From assembly GCA_951406725.2 (NCBI GenBank), contig OX597819.1, positions 112,344,001-112,408,000 of the forward strand: DNA of 64,000 nucleotides, given 5' to 3'. Made by a program: the position numbers and the translations under genes. Positions 50,035-61,600 of the stretch are shown one piece after another; positions within the stretch are counted from its first letter, which is position 1; each line of letters starts with the position of its first letter. Source of the stretch: Octopus vulgaris. Taxonomy: Eukaryota. Under the pieces are notes generated by a model. That model saw only the letters and a list, made by a program, of their open reading frames with translations. It did not search any database and was not told the origin of the DNA.

Positions 50035-52341
50035 GTAACAGTTTTTGTGATGTCTTTGCAGCTTTTTTAATAAAGTAATGTCTATGTGTGTGTATGCCTA
50101 TGTGTGTGTGTGCCTATGTGTGTGTGTGTGTGTGTGTGCCTATGTGTGTGAGTGTATGCGAGACAGACAGTGCGCATGTGTGTATGCGTAAATACAACTG
50201 CGTAAAAATTACAAATGTAGATATCTACCATATCTAACAGTATTTACAGCCCATTCGTCTTTTCCTCTTATTTCTATAGACATTACATGCTTAAATACAT
50301 ATTTACAGATACCTCCATAAGTAAATATGTTTTGTTGAGCTATTTTTATACAATGTCTCATTGTGATAAACTCTTTTGTTGACATTTATGTTTTTTTAAT
50401 GGTTACTGCCTGATTGACTCGGGACGTGTGCCTCGTGTATAAAGAGTGTGTAGGTATGTATATGTGCAGGCATGGCTGTGTGATAAGAAGGTTGCCTCTC
50501 GAGTGCATGGTTCCGGATTCAATCCAACTACATGGCACCTCAGACAAATGTCTCCTTCTATAGCCCTGGGCCACTCAAAGCCTTGTGGCTGCATTTGGTA
50601 GATAGAAACTGAAAGAAGCCCATCATATGTGTGTGTATTTATATTCTCTTTACTCTTTTACTCTTTTAATTGTTTCAGCCATTTTGACTGCGTCCATGCT
50701 GGAGCACCGCCTTTAGTCGAGCAAATCGACCCCAGAACTTATTCTTTGTAAGCCTAGTACTTACTTATTCTATCGGTTGTCAAGCATGTTGGGGGGGACA
50801 AACACAGACACACACACACATATATATATATATACGACGGGCTTCTTTCAGTTTCCGTCTACCAAATCCACTTGCAAGACTTTGGTTGACCCGAGGCTAT
50901 AGTATAAGACACTTGCCCAAGGTGTCACGCAAGTGGGAATAAACCTGGAACCATGTAGTTGGTAAGCAAGCTACTTACCACACAGCCACTCCTGCGCCTA
51001 AATAAATATATATATATATATATATATATAGATACACACACATTTATACCGCATACATACAGGCATACATATATATATAGGGGGTAGTATTTGTATGTCA
51101 AACAAAAGAACTTTATTGAGTTATTGAGAGAGGAAGAGAAGTCACAGGGGGGAATGGTATGAGCTCAGTCAACTTCAAAGATCAGAGGCCATTGTAACAG
51201 TGGCAGAAAATTAGAGAGGGGAGATGGTGCACCTGTAGGCCAGATGCAGGAGTATTTGTGTAAACGACTTGATGCTAATTAGAAGGATGAAGGTAGACAG
51301 ATATGGATGCATAAAAAGGCACACATATACATATCATCATCATCATCGTCATTGTTGTTGTTTTAAGATCCAGTTTTCTATAGTTGCATAGTTGAGAGGG
51401 TATTTGTTGAGGCAGATTTTCTATGGCTGGATACCCTTTCTCTCACCAATCCTTAATTGTTTCCATGTAAGGTAATATTTCTTCATTGCCAGACATATTT
51501 TTTAGGAAGACTGGAAATAAACAACACTGCTTGTGTGATAGAGATGCTCATTTACAACCATCACAAGCTGTCAAGGGCACACACACAAACACACAAATAC
51601 ATACACATATATAACCCGTGGGCTTCTTTCAGTTTCTGTCAATCAAATCCATTCACAAGGCTTTGGTTGGCCCAGGATTATAGTAGATGAAACTTGCCCA
51701 AGGTGCTGCACAGTGGGACGGAACCGAAAGTCACAAGGCTGGAAAGCAAGATTGTTAACCACACAGCTACACATACACCTAACACATACACATTCACACA
51801 CACACACACACAGATATAGACATGTGTTCATGCAAACATACACAAAACATTACGATCTTTAACAGTGAGAGAAGGGTAGGTATAAGAGAGATCTAAAGTA
51901 ATATACCAGAGACAAGTGTGCGTGTGTGTGTATGTATGAGTGTGTGGGGGAGTAAACAATATTAGTGAATTTTCCCTATAACCAATTGTCTCTTCACCAT
52001 CATCACCACTATAATGCAATAATAACCATCACCAGCAGCACTATACAAATGACAGGGTCGCTTGATCTGCTAGAAATAGCAGCTAAAGTTCCCTCAAATC
52101 ATGCTCAACCACCTTAAAAAAAATAAGGAAGGCTAAGTTGGATAAAGTATTCCTAAATATCCAAATGACAGGATGGTCAAACCTGGACTATTTCTGATCA
52201 TAGCTCTGGTTGATTAGTGCTGACCTGGGGCTAAAAAGAAGGGAAAAAACAACTACAACAACCATCAACACCACCACCACCACCACCAGTAACCAATGAC
52301 CAACTTCACGACTAATGTTACTATCACAAGTAACGCGATAC

Positions 52342-52573
52342 CAATGTTTATTGACCATTCTTACTATGGACCCCTTTGATTCTTATTTTATTCAGGAGGA
52401 TCCCCATAGCCATACAGTCTTCAAAAAATCACATACTTTTATAATTAAATATTAAGAATTGTATTTTTTTCTTTAAATTGTTAAAATACTTTGTGTTGAA
52501 GAAGAACAACCAATTTATTGCACATAATTTTTAACAACAAAAATCTTGTACGGACCCCAGTTGGGAACCACTG
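52342..52573. mobile_element. hAT-type MITE, same family as 4688-5117
   Basis: Ends caatgtttattgacc / agttgggaaccactg; TSD cgcgatac / cgctgtac; shared ggacccctttga and gcacataa.ttttaa body. Confidence 0.7.
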
Positions 52574-53068
52574 CGCTGTACAAAACTTATTTCTTTACTA
52601 CCCACAAGGGGCTAAACACAGAGGGGCACAAACAAGGACAGACAAACGGATTAAGCCGATTACATCGACTCCCCCCCAGTGCATAACTGGTACTTAATTT
52701 ATCGACCCCAAAAGGATGAAAGGCAAAGTCGACTTCGACGGAATTTGAACTCAGAGCGTAACGGCAGACGAAATACGGCTACGCATTTCGCCCGGCGTGC
52801 TAACGTTTCTGCCAGCTCGCCGCCTTATCAGCACTACTAGAGCCATCAACGCCACACCTATCAACACAATGACCACATACCAATAACCAGTGCTGCAACT
52901 TCAACTAATAAATACACCTATCAACATATTAACGACCACCAATACCACAATACTGCAATCATCTCCAACCGCCATCAACGCCACCAAGTAGTTACGTTAA
53001 GTACCACTGACACCACCATCGTCATAAGCACAACCACCTACCACCACTTTTATGCCGACAGTGTAAAC

Positions 53069-53350
53069 CAGTGGATCATATGATCCTGGAGGTCCATATG
53101 AGAATTCTGGGGCGTCCACAGTATTATTTTAAGGGTCAATGAAAATAATTTTGCTGTAGATGTATTAAGTGCGAGAAACAGGTTTCTTTCTCTTGCGTTT
53201 TACATATTTCAGCTTGTGATGAACAAAATAGTAATTTTGAATATGTATAAAATTAGTTTTAATCACCCCCATGGGGAGGGTTACCAGAATAAAATAGTAA
53301 TCGAAAAGTTTATAGATAAAAAAAAAGTGTGGGGGAGTTGAGAACAACTG
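53069..53350. mobile_element. hAT-type MITE
   Basis: cagtgg... / ...gttgagaacaactg ends; 8-bp TSD gtgtaaac / gtgtaagc. Confidence 0.65.
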
Positions 53351-54684
53351 GTGTAAGCAATACAAATTTATAAACATCACCACTACCATTAATACCACCA
53401 ACATACATACCAACACGGGAGCTTTTATGTGCTCATTTAACCTGCTAGAAATAGCAACCAAATCGCCTAAACCACACCATGTATTAGATATTATCGTAAA
53501 AACAAGAGCAAAAATTATCTTGAATTAGAAAGGGATGGTTATTACTGAAATATTTCTGATCAGAAGAATCTGATCGATTGGTTCTAACCTGGGGCTAAAC
53601 AACAATACAGCTACTACTCTGACCACCACCACAACCGCTAATGAAATAACCACCATCACCATCACCATAATCAAAACAACAGTGACTAGTTTTAATCATC
53701 ATCACCAATACACCAGCGACGGCTTTAGCCACCATTACCATCAATACCAATAGTATAAAACAATAACCATTACTTTAGCAATCACTTATACAATAGCCTC
53801 TATTGTAAATATCACCACTGATACAATAGCCTCAGTTATAATCATCGCCTCTAATACGATGACCACTACCGTACCCATCGCCTCTAATACAAAAGCTACT
53901 ACTTTTAACTTCCACTACTAATACAATAGCCACTATTTTAACAATTACCGCATATACAATAGCCACAGCCGTAACCAACACCACCATCACCATCACAGTT
54001 GTAACTATCCTTACCTTTACCACCGGTTTTATAACCGTCGTTTTAACAATTACCACCTATATGATTGACCTCTGCTTTAACCGTCCATCATCAGCAATGA
54101 TATAAACCCGTCAATTGTGGTAACGAGTAGAACAGACCGTTAAACTACACGGTACTAGTTAACAAAGTGAAAGTAAAGACCAACTATCACTACAGCAGTC
54201 AGACTGTTCTGGCTCGTTGTAAAGATATTGGACAGACTATGAGAGTGTGCTGGAATTACAACCTCCCACTACATAATGATCACTGAACTTGTATATATTA
54301 TTGAGAGGCTGTATGTGTAAGACGACGGGCTAGATAGGAATATATGTGTGGATATATATGGAAGTGAGTGAGGATATATTATACAGAGGTACAGTAGTGA
54401 GAGAAAGACACACACACACACACACAGAGGGTGTAAATGTGTTTATGTGAGAGAAAGAAAACGTCTGCGAAAGAATATGTCTTTGCGACACGGAAAATGC
54501 ATGTCCGTGAAAAAGAAAATGTGTAAGTAAGAGAGTGTCTACGTATGTGTGAACGCAAAGTGGGTATATGCGCATGTTGGGATATAAGTGTGTGTTTATT
54601 TATCTATCTATCTATCTATGTAAAGAGGGTCAGCATGTATCCGTATACATATGAGCATCTTTGTTACAAGAACAGATTATATCT

Positions 54685-55003
54685 CTTTAAGAGACCCTCT
54701 TTAAACGCACGCAGGCATTCATTCAAACATACATACATACATACATACATACATACAAATGATAGAGAGGGAAAGAGAGAGCGGATATATATATATATGT
54801 ATATGTATATATTATTATATTATTATATTATTATATATGTATATATTATTGAGAAGAGGGTCTCTTAAACAGATTATATATATATATACATATATATATC
54901 CGCTCTCTCTTTCCCTCTCTATAATTTGTATGTATGTATGTATGTATGTATGTAAGTATGTATAAATGAATGAATGCGTGCGTTTAAAGAGGGTCTCTTA
55001 AAG
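54685..55003. repeat. Inverted duplication, ~115-bp arms, with an internal third partial copy
   Basis: ctttaagagaccctctttaaacgcacgca...gagagggaaagagagagcggatatat and its reverse complement; gagggtctcttaaacagattatat in the spacer. Confidence 0.9.
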
Positions 55004-55344
55004 GAGTGCCCAAGTACCTATTTATGTAAAGAGCCAGCGTACGTGCCTCTGACAGTGTAGGAATGTGCTTGTATGTGTATCTCTGTATAAGAGTGTCTAA
55101 GTTGTTGAGTATATATGAGTGTATATATCAGAGTTTACAAAGTGTCTTTTAGTTGTTTTATTGGATTCAGTAATTGGTCTGCGGCCATACCGGAGCATTA
55201 GCTTTTATGGTGTTTTGTCATTATATCGACCCCAGTACTTAGCCTGGTACTCATATATCGATCTCTGTTTATCGAATGGTTGGTTCGCCCGTTTGAATTA
55301 CGCTTCTTTAATGAATATTGGCTTATGTGAACGCGTGTATGTCT

Positions 55345-55902
55345 GATACACACACACACACAAGTATATATACATTTATATATATATACATATATATATA
55401 TACATATTCACACATATATACATACACACATATACATACACATATTTAAATACATATATATATATATACATACACACACATATATGCATATATATATACA
55501 TATATATGTATATACACACACATATATACATGTATATACACACACATATGCATATATACATATATACACACATATATATACATATATGCATATACATACA
55601 TATATATATATACATATATGCATATATATATATACACACATATATATACATATATATATACACATACATACACACATATACATACACATATACACACATA
55701 TATATACATACATATATATACACACATATATATGCATATATATACATATATATATATATACACGTGTATATACATAAATATATACACAGGTATGTATACA
55801 TATATACATACACACATATATATGTATATAGAGACGCGCGCGCGCACGCGAATGGATGGGATAAACTATACACGCAAGCATATATATATATATATATATA
55901 TT
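55345..55902. repeat. (TA)n/(CA)n compound microsatellite
   Basis: Direct reading. Confidence 0.95.
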
Positions 55903-55957
55903 TCTTTAACTTGTTTCAGCTTTTAAGCTGCGGTCATGCTGGTGCACCACCGTTGAT

Positions 55958-55988
<31 letters not shown>

Positions 55989-56881
55989 CGGAGACATCAA
56001 AACACACACACACTTCCCCCATATACACACGAAACGCGCGCGCGCGCAGACAACTGCAGCAAAGCATGTTACTGAAGAGACAGAATTATTTTCGATTCGC
56101 TTGTTTTTACGCACACACACACACACCTATTAATTCGATATAAGTAATTAATCTCGGGAATTTCTTTTCTCTTAATATGTTAATTTCTTCGAATATGCTA
56201 ATTTTCCACACCTAATCATTGTACATCTGTTTAGTGATTACCTCATCACTACTTCGGCAAAGACGAAGTCTGCGCCGCGTTGAAGAGGTGCAATAAGACT
56301 GAAGTATGATCAGAGTTGTCACACAATTTTTTTATCGAAATAATTAAAACAGTATTATATTAACCATTATATTTTCTTCTATACATAATTATTTCTGATC
56401 AGTTATTTAATGTTCACTAAAACAGATTGACATCAAGGAACGTAGTGGAGTGATTACATTGTTTGGTGCACGAACATAAAGGTCAAAGGTTGAATTCCCG
56501 ATGTAAGTGGTGCGCTGTGCCTCTTTGATCAGGGCACTTCATCACACATTGTTCCAGGCGAATCATCTACGAGTACCAGCATTAACCGAGAGCTAAACCT
56601 TGCGATGGACTGACGTCACATCCAGGAGGGTGTCTTCAACTCCTGCGTCGTAAACTAGGGTGAGCTCCTGCATTAATGACATGGAAGGTCTTAAACAGAC
56701 AAACCTTTTCCAAAACAATAAATAAATAAAACTTTATATCTACAGGGCACAGGTGTGATTGCGTGGTAAGACGTTTGTTTCAATCCCACTGCGTAGCACC
56801 TTGGGCAATCCTAGCCAACCAACACTTGCGAGTGGATTTCATCGACGGAAACTGAGAGAAGCCCGTCACACACACACACAC

Positions 56882-56922
<41 letters not shown>

Positions 56923-56983
56923 CACCATCCGTTTTCGGCGTAACCCTACCCTAAACACCGGGTGCGCGTATTCTTTATCTTCG

Positions 56984-57042
<59 letters not shown>

Positions 57043-57050
57043 ATATATAT

Positions 57051-57099
<49 letters not shown>

Positions 57100-57738
57100 C
57101 TCCATACACACACACACACATACAACGGTCTTTCAGTTTCCGGATATTCAGATATATATTTCTTTACTACACACAAGGGGCTAAACACAGAGAGGACAGA
57201 CAAACGGGTTAAGTCGATTACACCGACACCAGTGCGTAACTGGTAGTTAATTTATCGACCCCGAAAGGATGAAAGGCAAAGTCGACCTCGGCGGAATTTG
57301 AACCCAGAACGTAACGACAGACGAAATACAGCTACGCATTTCGCCCGGTGTGCTGACGTTTCTGCCAGCTCGCCGCCTCCTATGAATGTATGTATGCGTT
57401 TGTCCCCCACCACCGCTTGACAACCAGTTTCGGTTTCTTTGTGTCCCAGACATTTGGCGATTCGGCAATAACAAGAGTCCGACAGATCAAGTAACCAGAC
57501 TTACAAATAAGTGCTGGGACCTATCCGTTCCACTAGACCCCTTAAGGCGGTGCCCCAATATGACTGTATGTAGTCCAATGACTGAAATTAGTAAAAGACA
57601 AATGAAGATACCAACACAAATTTAACTAGTTTTTTTTTTTTTTTTTGTTATTTTTCATATAGTTGGCCTCTCTGAGTTCGGTGAATTGTTGATTTCTTTT
57701 AATATCTACCTATAATTCACACACACACACACACCTAC

Positions 57739-57831
57739 CTATTATAGTATGAGCGATGTTTAAAAATTATCCAAACCTCGAATGGAAGACAAAAAGAAAA
57801 CAACTGCAGCAGAAATACTTGTAGCAGCAAC

Positions 57832-57902
<71 letters not shown>

Positions 57903-58200
57903 CCGCGGTGGCGGCGGAGGCTACGTATCCAGATAGTAGAGATCGATATGTGTCGCTAATTGGAACGTCATCTCCTAAGTATACGCATACACACACATAC
58001 ACACACACTCTCTCTCTCTCTCTCACTGAGACACACACACACAACATTCTAATATAACGTACAGCTAGAGGCCTGGCTGGATAAGGAATCAGACATCTAC
58101 TCTGATGAGCGTCCGTAAAATCAATCGCTCTGGTTGCATATTCACAAGTGCATCCGAATGAATGGATATGTTTAAAATATACGTATAACTTCGCACGCGA
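57739..58200 (-). other. Candidate first (non-coding) exon of the minus-strand transcript; start position uncertain
   Basis: Donor atag|GTAGGT at 57738-57733; CpG-rich unique sequence with (CTA)n; Inr-like TCATTC near 58160. Confidence 0.4.
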
Positions 58201-58380
58201 GAGAGAGAGAGAGCGTGTGTGTGTGTGTGTGTCTGTGTGTGTGTGTTCGTGCACGCAGAGAGGTGGAGCAGAATAAGTGGTGAGGAGGGGTCGTTGGACG
58301 AGCGAAAACACGAGAGAAAGCGAAAGTAAATAACAACACTGACAACAGCTGTAACAGGAAGTGAATAAACACAAACAATT
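58200..58380. promoter_or_regulatory. Putative promoter region inside a CpG-retaining domain
   Basis: CpG-rich unique DNA with GA/CA tracts and an ETS-like CAGGAAGTG near 58354. Confidence 0.3.
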
Positions 58381-59360
58381 TGACAACGACAATAATAATA
58401 GCTTCAAATTTTGACATAAGGCCAGTTATTTTGAGGAAGGAGATAAGTCGATTACATGGACCCTGCTGTTCAACTGGTATTTATGTCTTCGACCCTGAAA
58501 GGATGAAAGGCGACTTCAGCGGTATTTGAACTAAGAGCGTAAAAAGCCGGAAAATATACCGCTAAGTATTTTGTCCGACGGGCAAACGATTCTACGAGCA
58601 CACCATCTACAAATTTTTGGCACAAGACCAGCAATTTCAGGAAAGGAATAAGTCTTGACTAATACTTATTTTATCGACTCCGAAAGGATGAAAAGCAAAG
58701 TCGACCTCGGCGGCATTTGAACTCAGAACGTAAAGACGGATGAAAAGCCTCTAAGCATATTGCCCGGCGCAGTAACAATTCTGCTAGTTTGATGCGCCTT
58801 GATGCTTTTTTTAATAATATAAGAAAAACAAATACAATGGTTTGCATGCCACAAGACCAGCAATTGAACAGTTGAAAAACAAATTCGCAAAAAACCCTGG
58901 TGTTTCAACAAATGTCATTAGCATTTTTTTTAACATGTTTGAAGAATTATATATTTGTACACACACATACACGAGAGAGAGAGAAAGAGAGACAGACAGA
59001 CTTACAGACAAACAGATGGAGAGATTTGATACGAAACATGAGGTCCAAAATTGGGATGAGGCTTAATATTATGCTCAAGATCGGAATGTACTTCCAAAAA
59101 TACATATACCCTTCTGGAAATATGTACAAAAGATATCACAGAATCACACGCATCACAAAACTCTGTGACTGTAGAGAGTTGTTTTCATCATGCTTATTAG
59201 ATAACTCAGCGATACACACGCGCATATACACATACCTACTATTTATAATGACGAAGTGGCATATTTATAATTTACTCTTCTTTTTTTTTATTAATTATGG
59301 GCCATCGGTATCTACATACCGTGTCAGACGACCCCTTTAATTAGTGTGTGTATGTATGTA

Positions 59361-59400
59361 TAGATAGATAGATAGATAGATGATTGATAGATAGATGATT

Positions 59401-59467
<67 letters not shown>

Positions 59468-59498
59468 GATTGATAGATAGATAGATAGATAGATAGAT
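59361..59498. repeat. (GATA)n microsatellite
   Basis: Direct reading. Confidence 0.95.
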
Positions 59499-59883
59499 AA
59501 GCACAGAAATGCAAAGCAAGGTGGGAAAAATAGTTCTCGAATACCGAAGATAGAGTAACATGCTTTTCTTTATCAAAGCTGCAAAAACATTGTGATGATT
59601 TTCCAGCTTTAATTAAAAAAGAAGTATACATACACACACACACACACACACATATCAAAAACATTGACAATTACTAATGGAGTTCCTCTGATAGAGGAAC
59701 AGAAATCAAATCCCGTTATTATGTATGTGTGTGTACGCATTTGTATGCATATAAATGTATCATATAGTTACGCATTTATGTATATAATTACACATACGTA
59801 TATGTGTGTATGTATATAATTGCGTGTATAATTATATATGTATAATTATATTATATAATTACATAAGTATGAAATTATGTACA

Positions 59884-59919
<36 letters not shown>

Positions 59920-60269
59920 CATGCACGTACACACATACGTTCATACGTTGTGTGCATCCATCCATCCGTGCATACATACATAAATACATATTCGTTCACC
60001 CATTGAATCATCATAACTATTGCCCCAGTAAAACTTAATCATTTTACACGGCATTTGTGATAAGATTATAGGTCCTTTCATGTAATTATTAATTTGTAAT
60101 TTTTCTTTTTCTTCAGCATTTATCCTTACCATCATTATTGCTGTAGGTTCAGTTTCAGTAGTTTGGTAGGGTGACGGCACTCTTGGGTCTTACTGCATGA
60201 ATAAGGGCCAGTGGGGACGGCTTGGTTGTACCGAACTGTACTCACGCTAGCTACGCTTCTGTGGTCGTT

Positions 60270-60653
60270 TACAAAATACCTCACAGTATTTCATTTCGTC
60301 ACTACGTTCTGAGTTCAAACCCCGCCAAGGTCAACTTCGCATTTCATTCCTCTAAAAGTCGACAGAATAATGTAGCAGTCAGTGCTGGACTCACCCCCAC
60401 CTCCCTTCAGATTTCAGGCCATGTGCTTATGCTAAACGAGGGTGAACAACGAATTAGTTTAAGTGCCGCAAAAAAAAAAAAAAATGCTTTGTGGTGTTTG
60501 TTCCAACTTGTTACATTCTATGTTCAAATTCTTCCAAAGTCGACTTTGCTTTTTATCCTTTCGGAGTCGATAAATTCAGCGACAGTTACGCACTGGGATC
60601 GATGTAATTGACTAGTCCCAAAATTTCAGGCCTTGTTCCTTTAGTAAAAGGGA

Positions 60654-60684
<31 letters not shown>

Positions 60685-61600
60685 GATGATAATAAAGAGT
60701 TCAAATTCTGCTGAGGTCGACTTTACCTTTCATCCTTCAGGGTTAATGAAATAAGTACTAGTAAAACACTGGGTCGATATAATCGGCTAGCCCCCTTCCC
60801 ACCAAATTTCAGGCCTTGTGCCTATAGTAGAAAGGATTATTATTATTATTATTAAGGTGGCAAGCTGGCAACATCATTAATATGGCAGGCAAAATGCTAG
60901 CATGGAAAACGGACGCTAAACGATGATGATGATGATTATTAAGGTGGCGAGTTGGCAGCATTGTTAACACGCCAGGCAAAATGCTTAGCAGCATTTCACC
61001 CATTGCTACGTTCTGAGTTCAAATGCCATCGGGGTCAACTTTCCTTTTCATCCTTGCAGGGTTGATAAATTAAGTACTAGTTGTGTACTGGGGTCGATGT
61101 AATCAGCTAGTCCCCTCCCCCAAAATTTCAGGCCTAGTGCCTATATTAGAAAGGATTATTATTATTATTATCATCAAGGCAGTGAGCTGACAGAATCATC
61201 ATTAGCAACCAGACAAAATACTTAGCATTTTGTCTATCTTTATATTCTGAGTCCAAAGTCTACCAAGTTCAACCTTGCCTTTCATCATGTCATGGTCGAT
61301 AAAGAAAGTACCAGTTGAATACTGGGGTTGATATAATCAACTTAATCTGTTTGTCTGTCCTTGTTTGTCCTCTCTGTGTTTAGCCCCTTGTGGGTAGTAA
61401 AGAAATAGGTATTTCATCCGTCTTTACATTCTGAGTTCAAATGCCATCGGTGTCGACTTTCCCTTTCATCCTTTCGGGGTTGATAAATTAAGTACCAGTT
61501 GTGTACTGAGGTCAATGTAATCAGCTAGCCCCCTCCCCCAAAATTTCATGCCTTGTCCCTATATTAGAAAGGATCATTATTTATTATTATTATCATTATT
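60270..61600 (+). mobile_element. Head-to-tail array of about 7 family-1 SINE copies separated by (ATT)n tails
   Basis: Repeated gttcaaat..gtcgacttt..tcatcctt..gataaa..gtac..ggtcgat..caaatttcaggccttgt..agaaaggattattatt. Confidence 0.85.

Noticed and set aside
57760-58407. 215-aa minus-strand ORF
   Set aside because: Non-ATG start, built from CA/GA/CTA repeats, no domain similarity; better read as UTR or promoter
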